A DNA stretch of 64,000 bases, taken from contig JAQBYT010000007.1 in the NCBI GenBank assembly GCA_027622665.1, forward strand, positions 1 through 64,000, read 5' to 3'. Numbering within the stretch: the first letter of the stretch is position 1; each line of letters begins with the position of its first letter. The notes below the pieces were generated by a model. It searched no databases. It worked only from the letters and a program-made list of their open reading frames with translations, and was not told the origin of the DNA. This document shows, in pieces, positions 9,642 to 19,851 of the stretch. The position numbers were made by a program, and so were the translations under genes. The stretch comes from Verrucomicrobiota bacterium (GTDB taxonomy: Bacteria; Verrucomicrobiota; Verrucomicrobiia; Opitutales; Seribacteraceae).

Positions 9642-11036
9642 TCACTCTGGCTCGGCCACTCGGTAGAGGGATTTCCTGCCCCGTAGAATGAGCGAGTCGC
9701 CTACGATTGCCGTTGAGGCGTTGAAGGAGTCTTCGAGCTGGTTGAGGGCTAGGGTCTCGGGGGTTTCATCGGCGGACAGGACGAGGGTGGCGCCTTGCTG
9801 GTCAGTCAGGTAGATGCGACCTGCCGCGGCTACGGGCGATGCGTACAGGTTCAGGATTCCGGGTAGCCGAAAGGGCCCGCTCGGCTCGTCTCCCGTTTTA
9901 CCTTCGAGACGAGTTAGAATCGCTTGGTAGTGGCGAAGGAAGTACAAATGCTTTTGATAATAGAGAGGGGAGGGTACGTAAGGCGTGCGGCGGCGAAGGT
10001 TCCAGAGCACGTGGTCGGTGCCTGCGAGATCGCCTTTGGCTCCTTTCAGGCTGAGGGCGAGCATGGATTGGATTTCGTAGCTGCTCCCGGCGTAGAGGAC
10101 GCCTTCCGCATAAACGGGGGTGGCCACGACGTTGTTGGACAATCCGCTGCAATGCCAGACGACTTTTCCCGTGGCCAAGTCGTAACCGCGAATGGCGGAG
10201 GTTCCGCTGACGATGGCTTGGGGTTTGCCATTCACCTTCGCGATGATAGGGGAGGCCCATGAGGTGGGTTCGTCACGAGCTTGCCGCCATCTTTCCTTGC
10301 CCGTGCGCTTGTCCAGCGCGACAACGAAGGAATCGCCCTCGTGGTCCCAGTTTACGATTAGGATGTCGCCGAAAAGGGCGGGGGAGGCGCCTTCTCCGTG
10401 ACCGTGTTTGACAAGCATGTCTCCCAAATCCTTTTCCCAAAGAACGGTGCCGTTGTAGTCGAGAGCATAGAGACCGCTTGAACCGAAAAACGCATAGACG
10501 CTCTCTCCGTCGGTGACGGGCGAGTGGGAGGCCCAGGTGGCGGATTCGTGAGTACTCTGATGAGGCTGGGCGTCTCGCACGGTTTTCTGCCAAAGGACGG
10601 AACCGTCCTGCAAGTCGAGACAAACGACGAGAAATCGCAGTTTCCGCTTGGGATCCAGATTGTTGTGGGCGCCTTTGGGTTGCTCGGGGACGGGAAGCGC
10701 TTTCCCGTGGGCCGAGGTTCCCGTGAGGAATATTCGATCCCCCCATATCACGGGTGTCGAGTGACCCTCGCAGGGCAGGGGTATCTTCCAGCGAATGTTT
10801 TTTGTTTCGTTCCAGTCTATCGGTGGATTTCCTCTGGGAGCTTCACCCGTGGCGAGGGGACCACGCCATTGTGGCCAATGGGAAAGGTCGGTGGCACTGA
10901 GCTTCTCGACTTCGTCTTCAACAGTGCTTTGATCACCCGAAGCAAAATCTTTGAGATCGCGGGGGGAATCCTTGGGTTTGTCGCATGCGGCGCAGGTCAA
11001 AAAAGAAGCGAGCAGGATGCCGAAGGTAAACTTCAT
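9642..11036 (-). CDS. PQQ-like/BamB-like beta-propeller repeat protein, likely lipoprotein
   Basis: WPQWRGP, GHSTPVIWGDRIF, ASPALFGD repeats. True start MKFTFG at 11036 overlaps the upstream stop; the track's longer start is antisense/overlap extension. Confidence 0.85.
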   Translation of the reverse strand: MKFTFGILLASFLTCAACDKPKDSPRDLKDFASGDQSTVEDEVEKLSATDLSHWPQWRGPLATGEAPRGNPPIDWNETKNIRWKIPLPCEGHSTPVIWGDRIFLTGTSAHGKALPVPEQPKGAHNNLDPKRKLRFLVVCLDLQDGSVLWQKTVRDAQPHQSTHESATWASHSPVTDGESVYAFFGSSGLYALDYNGTVLWEKDLGDMLVKHGHGEGASPALFGDILIVNWDHEGDSFVVALDKRTGKERWRQARDEPTSWASPIIAKVNGKPQAIVSGTSAIRGYDLATGKVVWHCSGLSNNVVATPVYAEGVLYAGSSYEIQSMLALSLKGAKGDLAGTDHVLWNLRRRTPYVPSPLYYQKHLYFLRHYQAILTRLEGKTGDEPSGPFRLPGILNLYASPVAAAGRIYLTDQQGATLVLSADETPETLALNQLEDSFNASTAIVGDSLILRGRKSLYRVAEPE

Positions 11037-12238
11037 CGTCGAAGGTCTAGGCATACGAGGTCGCCCCGAGAATTGCGAACGTACAGGTAGCCGTTGGCTA
11101 AGACGGGACTCGTCCAGCAGCGCCCACCGATGACCTGTTCGCGAATGATCGGCTTGAACCCTTTGGGTGAGACCGGAGCGATAGCCAGTTCGCCGCGTTG
11201 CCCGAGAGCGATGATTCGGTTGCCCGCCACTATGAGGGAACCCACCTGCAGGTTGCTTCGGTCGCGCCATTGCTCCTCGCCGGTGGAGAATGTTATGCAG
11301 ACCAAGTCCTTGGATCCGGCCATGTGGACGTTGCCATCGAAACCGTAGAGGTAGTCGCCTACGGGGATGACGTTGTTCATGTGGGTGGAAAGGGTTTTCT
11401 TTTCGTATATCTTGGTCAGTGCGCTCCCTTGAAATTGAAACAAGACGCAACCTCGACGGTAGCCCGTGGAGATGAAGATTTTGTCTCCACGGACAAGAGG
11501 TGTAGTCGAGTTGGTGCGGTAACTCGTTTCCCATTTTTCGAAGGCGACGGTGGTGCCGTCCTTGGCATCGAGTATGGCGAGTCCGTCGGTCTTGAGAGTG
11601 GCGATCCGGGTCTTGCCCGCGTGAGGGAAAGCTACCGGACTACCGTAGGCATGACGATACTTCTTGCTCCTCCACACTTCTTTTCCCGAATCCTTTTTCA
11701 AGGCGAAGGTGTAGTCGGCCTCGATGATGAGAAGGTCGTCGAGCACATAGGGAGATCCCGCAAAACCCCACTCCGGTGGTTTTTTCATGCCGGCTGCAGT
11801 CATCATGTTCTTGCTCCAAAGAAGGGTGCCCTTGGCGGCGAGGTATGCGTTGAGGCGCCCGTCTTTGCTGATTGCGTAAACCGTTTCTCCGTCCACCGTG
11901 GGTGTGGCGCAGGGTCCGCCTTCGTGAAGGTAGTCAACAAGTTGAGCCTCGTAGGAGTGGCTCCATAGCTCTTTGCCGGTGACTGCATCCAGGCACCAAA
12001 CGGTTTCCTTGCCGCCTTGCTTGATCCCGTCGTGTCCCATTGTGAAAAGGCGACCATCCGCCACCGATACCGCCGAGAAGCCGAGACCGACTTTCGCCTT
12101 CCATGCAACCTTTTCGAGGTTGGCCTGCCAGTCTGTCTCGTTCGAAACGCCCGTACCGTCAGGACCGAGCCAACGCGGCCAGTCGTCCGCGGAGAGGAAG
12201 GAAATCGAGAGGGAGAGGAGTAAAAGAAGTTTTTTCAA
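11033..12238 (-). CDS. PQQ-like beta-propeller repeat protein
   Basis: Signal peptide, DDWPRWLGP, GPCATPTVDG, CWTSPVLANGYLYVRN...LVCLDL. Confidence 0.88.
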   Translation of the reverse strand: MKKLLLLLSLSISFLSADDWPRWLGPDGTGVSNETDWQANLEKVAWKAKVGLGFSAVSVADGRLFTMGHDGIKQGGKETVWCLDAVTGKELWSHSYEAQLVDYLHEGGPCATPTVDGETVYAISKDGRLNAYLAAKGTLLWSKNMMTAAGMKKPPEWGFAGSPYVLDDLLIIEADYTFALKKDSGKEVWRSKKYRHAYGSPVAFPHAGKTRIATLKTDGLAILDAKDGTTVAFEKWETSYRTNSTTPLVRGDKIFISTGYRRGCVLFQFQGSALTKIYEKKTLSTHMNNVIPVGDYLYGFDGNVHMAGSKDLVCITFSTGEEQWRDRSNLQVGSLIVAGNRIIALGQRGELAIAPVSPKGFKPIIREQVIGGRCWTSPVLANGYLYVRNSRGDLVCLDLRR

Positions 12239-12416
12239 GAGATTAGTGGTCTAGGAAAGTTCTGTGTGTTTTCGGAAGGAATGGCGAAATCCTATGGATA
12301 AATCAATTCCTACCGCGAGAAAAGGTTTGAAGATGTAGCCGATCTTGAGGAGGGCAAGAGAAAGAATCCTCTTTTCTTTGTGGTCATTGATGAGGATGGG
12401 AGATAATTGAAAGTGG

Positions 12417-14474
12417 ATGATTCGTTTTCTGGACGATGCCGAGGGATCGGCTTTAGCACCCGAGGGTTGGGACTTGGAGGCGTTGGCGGCCGAGGTTTTC
12501 GGCCCGAGCGGGGTGTTGGCGGTTGGCATGGATATGGAACATCGCCCGGAACAGGCAGCCATGGCGTTGGCTGTGGGGCGTGCTTTTGGTGAAGGTGAGA
12601 GTTTGCTTTTCGAGGCAGGTACGGGTGTGGGCAAGAGCTTGGCCTACTTGGCTCCGGGTGTCGTTCATGCGGTGACGACTAATCGCCCGTTCGTGGTGGC
12701 TACCAATACCATCAGTTTGCAGGAGCAATTGCTGAACAACGACATACCAATGTTGCGCAAGGTTTTTGAGGAATCTCCACGGTTGGCGGAGTTTGCCGAT
12801 TTTCGATCCGCTTTACTTGTAGGTAAGGCGAACTATCTTTGCGACAACCGGTTGGAGGCGGCGATGAGGGGGCAGGCGGATTTATTCGAGACCTCTCAGA
12901 GGGCCGAACTGGAACGGATTCGAGAATGGGCTTCCGATGGGCCCAAGGAGGGTATTCGTCAGGAATTGTCGCCATCTCCGAAGATTGACGTTTGGGATGC
13001 CGTGAACGCGGATTCCTCCGTATGTTCGAACAAGCGATGCTCTCCCGATACGTGCTGCTACCGACGGGCTCGGTCACGAGTGGACAAAGCCCACTTGCTA
13101 GTGGTCAACCACAGTTTGCTCTTTGCCTTGGTCGGAGCGGGCGCCGCTCCCGGCGGGGATGTTCCCGGTGTTTTGTTCCCCAACGATTTCGTCGTTTTAG
13201 ACGAGGGACATGAGGCTCCTGCGGTGGCGAGCGACCACTTGGGCTTGGGGATCAGTTCTTGGGCGATGTCGATGGTCTTGAGGAGGCTCTACAACCCCGC
13301 GAAGAGGAAAGGTTTGTTAAGCAGAATCGGCGAGAAGAACGACTTTGAACTGGTGGAGAACGCTAAATTGGCCTGTGAAGATTTCTTCAACCACGTGCAC
13401 GTCAGCCTTCTGCAGACGCGAGATGTTCGTCGATTGGTGGAGCCGGGAACCTTGCCCACGGATTTGTTTCCTCACTTGAGCCGTCTCTTGTATCGATTGA
13501 AGGCTCTGGCGGAGGAGGCGGAGGATGAAGTCCTTCGAACCGACCTGAAGGACAACGACAAACGCCTTCGCGGGTATCTGGACGGCATTTCCCAGATCGT
13601 CGATTTAAAGGATTCCGAGAGCGTCTATTGGGTGGCGCGTTCGGGAAAGAAGCGCCCCATCATCCACTTGCGAAGCGCTCCCCTCGACGTGGCCAAAGCT
13701 TTGCGGGAAGCCTTGTTTGAGCGTGGGACCTCGGTGGTGATGACCAGTGCCACCTTGACCCGCGGCGGCAAGGCGGATCACTTTCGGAGATCCGTTGGGG
13801 CGGATCACGCCATGGAAGGAATCGTAGCTTCCCCCTTCGACTATGAGAAGAACGTTACCATTCGCATTGCCGTCGATTGCCCCGAACCTATGGGGAAGGA
13901 CCGTCTGCCCTACCTGAATTACCTAGTCGAGTCCATCCACGCCTCCGCCGCTCAAATCCAAGGAGGCACTCTTTCGCTGTTCACAAACTATGCCGACTTG
14001 CGCCACTGCTATGACATGCTACGTCCTCGTTGGCAAAAGTTGGGACGTTCTATTTACGCTCAGGGTGAGGGCTTTTCGCGTTCCGAATTGCGAGAGCGCA
14101 TGCTGGACGAGGGCGACGTCCTACTCCTCGGGGCGGAGAGTTTTTGGAAAGGCTTCGACGCACCCGGCCCCGCTCTTTCGCAAATTATTTTAACGCGATT
14201 ACCTTTTGAAAACCCCGGTCATCCCATTCTCGAAGCAAAAGCCGAGTTCTTGGAGAAAGAGGGGAGAAGCCCATTTCTCGAAATGACCTTGCCTACTGCG
14301 ATAATCCGATTTCGTCAGGGTTTGGGTCGCCTCGTTCGCAGACACGATGACCATGGCGAGATATTGATTCTTGATTCTCGGATTGTCCGTAAGGGCTACG
14401 GAAAGGAATTTTTGGCCGAGATGCCCAAGAGCGATTACGAGGTTTTTCGCCTTTCGGAGCACGGTCAAGATTAG
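12417..14474 (+). CDS. DinG/YoaA-family ATP-dependent DNA helicase
   Basis: EAGTGVGKSLAYL, GKANYLC, Cys cluster, VVNHSLL, VLDEGHE, TSATL, RQGLGRLVR. Confidence 0.93.
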   Translation: MIRFLDDAEGSALAPEGWDLEALAAEVFGPSGVLAVGMDMEHRPEQAAMALAVGRAFGEGESLLFEAGTGVGKSLAYLAPGVVHAVTTNRPFVVATNTISLQEQLLNNDIPMLRKVFEESPRLAEFADFRSALLVGKANYLCDNRLEAAMRGQADLFETSQRAELERIREWASDGPKEGIRQELSPSPKIDVWDAVNADSSVCSNKRCSPDTCCYRRARSRVDKAHLLVVNHSLLFALVGAGAAPGGDVPGVLFPNDFVVLDEGHEAPAVASDHLGLGISSWAMSMVLRRLYNPAKRKGLLSRIGEKNDFELVENAKLACEDFFNHVHVSLLQTRDVRRLVEPGTLPTDLFPHLSRLLYRLKALAEEAEDEVLRTDLKDNDKRLRGYLDGISQIVDLKDSESVYWVARSGKKRPIIHLRSAPLDVAKALREALFERGTSVVMTSATLTRGGKADHFRRSVGADHAMEGIVASPFDYEKNVTIRIAVDCPEPMGKDRLPYLNYLVESIHASAAQIQGGTLSLFTNYADLRHCYDMLRPRWQKLGRSIYAQGEGFSRSELRERMLDEGDVLLLGAESFWKGFDAPGPALSQIILTRLPFENPGHPILEAKAEFLEKEGRSPFLEMTLPTAIIRFRQGLGRLVRRHDDHGEILILDSRIVRKGYGKEFLAEMPKSDYEVFRLSEHGQD

Positions 14475-14600
14475 TATCTAATATGTCTAAGTTTCTTATT
14501 TTTTGGAAAGTTTCTATTTTTCTTTGAGATTTGACAACTGCACCCGACTGGTTTGATTTAACCCTTTGGCAAAGCCCCTTTCCATTTTTAGCTTTATAAG

Positions 14601-15314
14601 ATGAATATTGTATCTTTCGGCCATTCTGACGTAGGATTTGTTCGTGAATCGAACGAGGACTCTTTCCTCCTCGACGACGAATGCGGGCTCTATGTGGTTG
14701 CCGATGGGGTTGGCGGGTTGCCTCATGGTGCCCTTGCGAGTAGATTGGCCGTGCAATTCTTTCGAGCGATGATTCGGGACCACCAAGACTGTACTACTGA
14801 GGAAGAACTGCGCGAAATCGTTCACGTGGTACATCGCAACATTATCGAAAGCGGAGGGCTCGTTGGCGGAGACAACGGAATAGGCACAACTTTTTCAGCT
14901 GTCCGGATATTGCCTGACAAATTCATGCTGGCACATGTCGGCGATTCTTCGGTCTACCACAAAAATGGGCAAGGGTTTGAGCACATATCCACTAGCCATA
15001 CCTTGGGCAATGAATTGATCGAGAAACATGGACCAGAGGCGATGAACGACATGCCCGATCACTACATGCACACCCTCACTCGTTGTATGGGGCAAGATAT
15101 TGACTTTTCTGTCGACGTGTCCACTTATTCGATCAAGGCGGGGGATGGCGTTCTTATTTGTTCGGATGGCGTTACTAACATGGTTGACGAGGATATTATT
15201 GAATCCGTGATGAAAGAGCATGAACCAAAGGATTATGTCCCTGCCCTCATCGATTTGGCCAACCAAAATGGTGGCGTGGATAATTCGACCATCGTTTCCT
15301 TTCTCGTTAACTGA
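14601..15314 (+). CDS. PP2C-family Ser/Thr protein phosphatase
   Basis: RESNEDS, VADGVGG, AHVGDS, ICSDGV, GGVDNST. Confidence 0.93.
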   Translation: MNIVSFGHSDVGFVRESNEDSFLLDDECGLYVVADGVGGLPHGALASRLAVQFFRAMIRDHQDCTTEEELREIVHVVHRNIIESGGLVGGDNGIGTTFSAVRILPDKFMLAHVGDSSVYHKNGQGFEHISTSHTLGNELIEKHGPEAMNDMPDHYMHTLTRCMGQDIDFSVDVSTYSIKAGDGVLICSDGVTNMVDEDIIESVMKEHEPKDYVPALIDLANQNGGVDNSTIVSFLVN

Positions 15315-15332
15315 CTAAGTTTTAGGTGAGTC

Positions 15333-15653
15333 ATGGGTGAGCGAGTGGACGCTTTTCGCCGCAAATTGGAAGAGAATGCTGAGAATCTTCTCTTTCGTTT
15401 TAGTCTTGGGCAAGCTCTCTTTGAAGAGGGAGAATTTTCCGATGCTGAAGAAACCTTTCGTCTCTGCCTTGAAGAAAAGCAGGACTGGATGCTAGCTCTT
15501 CTGTTTCGTGGTCGCTGTCTTATCGAATTGAAACGTTCAGACGATGCGATCGATGCCTTGCGCCTTACGGTGAAGGCTGCAGTGGAGCAACATCACGAAG
15601 ATCCTGAAAGAGAAGCCCGTGCGCTTCTGGAGCAACTTGAGGCTAGGGTCTGA
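15333..15653 (+). CDS. Small TPR-repeat protein
   Basis: TPR-like helices 'FSLGQALFEEGEFSDAEETFR' and 'GRCLIELKRSDDAIDAL'. Confidence 0.75.
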   Translation: MGERVDAFRRKLEENAENLLFRFSLGQALFEEGEFSDAEETFRLCLEEKQDWMLALLFRGRCLIELKRSDDAIDALRLTVKAAVEQHHEDPEREARALLEQLEARV

Positions 15654-15805
15654 AATCTGATTCTTTTATTTTAGACCGAATATGGCACGCCTGCCGGAAC
15701 GAGAAAAAACTTATCTTACAGATTATTTGTCCTGAGATTGGTGGGGATTGGCATGCTTAATTCGTGTGGCGGCAATCGTGTAACCTGGATAGGGATGCTT
15801 CCGAA

Positions 15806-17383
15806 ATGACCGGTATTCTTGGAAACATCTCCCTAGTCAGCGGATTTACGATTCTGTCTCGTGTGCTTGGACTTATTCGGGATATGTTGTTTTTTGCCTG
15901 CTTCGGTGGTTCGTATGTTGGCGGTGCTTTTGTATTGGCATTCACTTTGCCGAACCTCTTTCGTCGCATGCTGGGGGAGGGCTCCCTTTCCTCGGCTTTT
16001 ATTCCCGTTTTTGCTGAAACGATTGAAACCAAATCCCTCGCCGAAGGGCTATCCTTACTGAACAAGGTATTGACGCGACTAGCACTTGGATTGGTCGCCA
16101 TTTTATTCCTAGGATTGAGCTTTGTTTTCTTGGTCCAGAGCATTGATCTGTCAATTTCGCCCAAGTGGCGTTTAGGTGCGGAATTATGTTCGGTTACTTT
16201 GCCCTACGTTTTGGCTATTTGCCTTTCCGCTCTGATCGTTGGAGCCTTGAATGCGCGCAAGAAATTTTCTCCGGGGGCCTCTTCTCCGATTATCTTGAAT
16301 TTTGCGATGATCGCCACACTTGGCGTGGGGGGTATCGTTTATGGCTTAGGTGGAGAAGACTTGGCCCTCGCATTGTGCGTCTCCGTTTTGATCGGTGGAG
16401 TGTTGCAGCTTCTTGCTCCCGCCTTTTCTCTGCATCGGTTAGAGGGTTGGAAGTACAAGCCCGACTTTGGTCGGTCCGATGAACTATCTCGCGTCCGAGA
16501 GCTCTTCGTAGTTGGTGCCTTTGGGGCAGCAGTGGGGCAAGTGAATGTTCTTATCTCCCGTTTCTTAGGTTATTCACTGCCCGAAGATGGAGCTGTCTCC
16601 ATACTCTTTTTGACATCTCGACTCACGGAACTTCCGCTGGGTGTTTTCGCCATTGCTATCGCTACCGTGGTTTTCCCCGAAATGGCGAGATTGCTAGGGC
16701 AGAAGAACGAATCGGAATTCCGAAGAGCCTTTACCAAGGGGTTGAGACTTACTCTGGTCATAACTTTACCTGCGGCAATGGGCTTGGTTTTGCTTGCGGA
16801 ACCGATCCTCGTAACTTTGTTCCAATGGGGCAACTTTACTACCACAGAGGTTGCCCAAACGGTTCCGGTTCTCATGATTGCCTCCTTCGGATTACCCTTT
16901 TACGCGGTAGCCGCGTTTTACATACGCGGTTTTCACGCCCGAAAGGATATGAAAACACCATTGCTGGCCGCTTTTTTGAGCCTTGTGGCTAATGTGATTT
17001 TTAGCCTAGTTCTTATGCAATATTGGGGGGTGCTTGGCCTTGCTTCCGCCAACTCTTTGGCTGCTGTCTTTCAAACCTTTTATCTGGTCTTTCGGTGGCG
17101 GAGAGAAAGCGATTCGATCGACTTGGAGGATGCGGAGTCCTCTTATCTCTTTCCTTCCATTGTCTCAACAGTTGCTATGTGTATCGTGGTGGCCTTCGGT
17201 CACTCGGGGATTCAGCGTTTTCCGGATTTGACGGGTAAGGCGAGCGCGGCCATTTCGCTGGTAGTTCTCATCCCTCTTGCTTTGGCGGTTCATTTCGTTT
17301 GCCTTTGGGTCTTTTCATTCCCAGAGGTAAAGGCGATCTCGGAATCGATGAAACGACGCTTTCGCCCTCCTGAAGAAAATTAA
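15806..17383 (+). CDS. murJ: Lipid II flippase MurJ (MviN)
   Basis: SRVLGLIRD, AFTLPNLFRRMLGEGSLS, RLTELPLGVF; many TM helices. Confidence 0.95.
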   Translation: MTGILGNISLVSGFTILSRVLGLIRDMLFFACFGGSYVGGAFVLAFTLPNLFRRMLGEGSLSSAFIPVFAETIETKSLAEGLSLLNKVLTRLALGLVAILFLGLSFVFLVQSIDLSISPKWRLGAELCSVTLPYVLAICLSALIVGALNARKKFSPGASSPIILNFAMIATLGVGGIVYGLGGEDLALALCVSVLIGGVLQLLAPAFSLHRLEGWKYKPDFGRSDELSRVRELFVVGAFGAAVGQVNVLISRFLGYSLPEDGAVSILFLTSRLTELPLGVFAIAIATVVFPEMARLLGQKNESEFRRAFTKGLRLTLVITLPAAMGLVLLAEPILVTLFQWGNFTTTEVAQTVPVLMIASFGLPFYAVAAFYIRGFHARKDMKTPLLAAFLSLVANVIFSLVLMQYWGVLGLASANSLAAVFQTFYLVFRWRRESDSIDLEDAESSYLFPSIVSTVAMCIVVAFGHSGIQRFPDLTGKASAAISLVVLIPLALAVHFVCLWVFSFPEVKAISESMKRRFRPPEEN

Positions 17384-17552
17384 TGTTTTCACACAAGGTT
17401 GACCCTTCGCCCTCCCTCCGGCAAGTTGGCCTAAAGTCATTTCCGTGAGTTATCACTGTATAAAGCCCGATTACCCTAACCACGATGCGCAGCTTCCCAA
17501 GGAAGCGGCGCAGAAATTAGAGTACAAGTGCTTCCTCTGTCAATCAGAGTTG

Positions 17553-18434
17553 ATGCCGCCGCCTGTTCCCCTTGAAAAGATCGTCGACTTTGTGGAAGAC
17601 CTTCCCGCGGCTATCCAAATCATGCCAAAGCTGCAGGTTCTGTTGAGTGACGCCAATTCGAGCATCTCCGATATCATTGGACTGATAAAGACCGACCCAT
17701 CTCTGGTTTCCCGTATTGTCAAGGCTAGTAATGCCGCCTATTTCGCAGGATCCTTCTACTGCTCGACAATTGAGGATGCCATGAGCCGGATAGGATTTAC
17801 CGAGGCCTATAACATCATCGGTTACGTGGCTGCCAGTCAACTCTTTCAACAGGACTTGCCCCTTTACGGACTTACTTCCGACGAACTTTGGTCTTCCTCG
17901 GTTCGAGGAGCTTCGAGTATGCAGCTTATTGGCTCCCGGTTGCGGCTTGTCAAACCCTATGTCTTGCCCAACAGCGGGGTCGCCTATACTGTTGGATTGC
18001 TCCGTTCGGTGGGGAAAATGCTAATAAACTTTTTTCACGCAACGCACGGGATACCTGCTCTATCCTCCTTAGAGCACCCACTCACTGTGGAAAAGGAAAA
18101 GAGTCTCCTTGGCTTTGACAACCGAGAAGCTGCCGCGGTCCTTTTACGGAAGTGGAATTTTCAAGAAGAAGTCGTCTCCCCCATTTTATTTCAAGACACT
18201 CCTTTTGAATGCAAAGAAGTCCGTCCGCTTGCATGCCTTCTCCATGTAACTGCCACAGGGATACGCGATATTCCCTCCGATAAGCTTGTCGACGAGCCAA
18301 AGTTCCTGCGTTCATCTTTCAATACAGACGGTGGGGTTTTGTCTGCCATCAATCTTTCCCAAAAAGCCTTGTTTGATGGCTTGGTCGAGTCGATGATCGA
18401 TTTTCAAGCTTTCTCCAAGGATTTACGGGTCTAG
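17553..18434 (+). CDS. Stand-alone HDOD-domain protein
   Basis: 'IKTDPSLVSRIVKASNAAYF...TIEDAMSRIG', 'AYTVGLLRSVGK', 'LLRKWNF'. Start chosen at ATG 17553. Confidence 0.85.
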   Translation: MPPPVPLEKIVDFVEDLPAAIQIMPKLQVLLSDANSSISDIIGLIKTDPSLVSRIVKASNAAYFAGSFYCSTIEDAMSRIGFTEAYNIIGYVAASQLFQQDLPLYGLTSDELWSSSVRGASSMQLIGSRLRLVKPYVLPNSGVAYTVGLLRSVGKMLINFFHATHGIPALSSLEHPLTVEKEKSLLGFDNREAAAVLLRKWNFQEEVVSPILFQDTPFECKEVRPLACLLHVTATGIRDIPSDKLVDEPKFLRSSFNTDGGVLSAINLSQKALFDGLVESMIDFQAFSKDLRV

Positions 18435-18501
18435 TCGGACATAATGAAAGCGTTGACTTGATAGCTACTTTGGCGATAGTAGTAATTTAGTATTTTCTCG
18501 T

Positions 18502-19134
18502 ATGGGAACGAATCAACCATCCACCTTTGCGAATCCCAGATCATCAGGGTTCACTCTGATCGAGTTACTGATCGTTCTAGCTATAATCGGAGTACTTATC
18601 GGAATCACTTTTTCTGGGGCAAGCTATTTGTTTCAAGCACAGCAAGAGAAGAAAGCCTTGTCTGACGTCGAAGCTCTCAAATTGGCTTTGGAAGAGTTTA
18701 AAAGCGAGAATGGGGATTATCCTCGAACGGACGACTTGTCCGGCAATATGCAAACGCTTCCTTTTCTGACTGGGCAGCGACTTTTTCAAGCACTCTCTTC
18801 ATATGTGGATGCAGCCGGTAATCCCTATGGTTCTCTAAATCGTCCCAAGAGTTTTTTGAAGAGCGAGGTCCTGAACTTGGGAGAGCAGCTAGGCAATCAA
18901 ATTCAGGCGGTCACTATCGATTTCACTAATGCGAGTACTGTGCCCCTTTATTTTGCCATTGATCCATGGGATGTACCTTATGTTTATGACTATCCACGTC
19001 GGGATGGAAATCTTGGTTATCTTCTTTTTTCGAAAGGATCCGATAGCGAATCCTCTGATTTCACCAAAGAACTAATCTCTCCCGAGAGCATTGATCTGGA
19101 CAACCTACCGGTACACGAACCAGGTAATTGGTAG
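18502..19134 (+). CDS. Prepilin-type (GspG-like) pseudopilin
   Basis: G|FTLIELLIVLAIIG cleavage/methylation motif; IDPWDVPYVY. Confidence 0.9.
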   Translation: MGTNQPSTFANPRSSGFTLIELLIVLAIIGVLIGITFSGASYLFQAQQEKKALSDVEALKLALEEFKSENGDYPRTDDLSGNMQTLPFLTGQRLFQALSSYVDAAGNPYGSLNRPKSFLKSEVLNLGEQLGNQIQAVTIDFTNASTVPLYFAIDPWDVPYVYDYPRRDGNLGYLLFSKGSDSESSDFTKELISPESIDLDNLPVHEPGNW

Positions 19135-19167
19135 GTATCGAACGCAAAATTCAAAATCTAATTTAAA

Positions 19168-19851
19168 ATGGCTAATTCTAAACGATTCACAGCTAAACGG
19201 CGTTCGGGTTTTACTCTTATCGAATTACTCGTTGTCATCACCATAATCGGCATACTTGCGGGGATAATGTTCAATAGCGGACTATTTTCCTTTCTAAAGT
19301 CTGCCGAGGTAAAGAAAACAAAATCTATCTTCCGCGCTTGGGTTACCCAGATCTATCAGTACAAGGAAACCTACAAGCATTTCCCCCCAGTGCTGCTACA
19401 GAAGAAAGAGGGAGAACCCTTGGAGATCGGTCAAGGATATCAGGAAGATCATGATCGGTTTCTTGCCGCACTCAAGGGCAGGGAATGGGATCGTACTAAT
19501 AATTCATGGATTGCCTTGGATCAATACAGGGACGAGAATAAGCGTTCTCGTGAGTTTCATTCTTTCGGCGAAGATGAATTTGGTAAAAATGGTTTTCTAG
19601 TGGATGCTTGGGGGGGGGATCGGATATTCATCGTGGTTGATCGCGATGGTGATGGACTCATTGAGCTTGAAGCGACCGCATTTACTGATTTAAAGAATGC
19701 TCTCATTAGGGAGTATGATTCTCAGGTCGTAGAGGATGCGGGAGATAAGTTGAAGTTCATCCATGAAAAAGTCGGAATTTACATCTTGAACGACGGTGGT
19801 GATAGCCAGAATGTGTTCTCTTGGAATATCGAAAAATACCTAGAGGAATGA
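19168..19851 (+). CDS. Prepilin-type pseudopilin
   Basis: G|FTLIELLVVITIIG; LVDAWG. Confidence 0.9.
   Translation: MANSKRFTAKRRSGFTLIELLVVITIIGILAGIMFNSGLFSFLKSAEVKKTKSIFRAWVTQIYQYKETYKHFPPVLLQKKEGEPLEIGQGYQEDHDRFLAALKGREWDRTNNSWIALDQYRDENKRSREFHSFGEDEFGKNGFLVDAWGGDRIFIVVDRDGDGLIELEATAFTDLKNALIREYDSQVVEDAGDKLKFIHEKVGIYILNDGGDSQNVFSWNIEKYLEE

Noticed and set aside
11037..11534. N-terminal extension of the 630-aa ORF
   Set aside because: Overlaps the upstream propeller gene; the signal peptide starts at 11036.
12417..15653. DinG helicase + PP2C + TPR as a defence system
   Set aside because: Housekeeping-type genes with no kinase, nuclease or cas partner.
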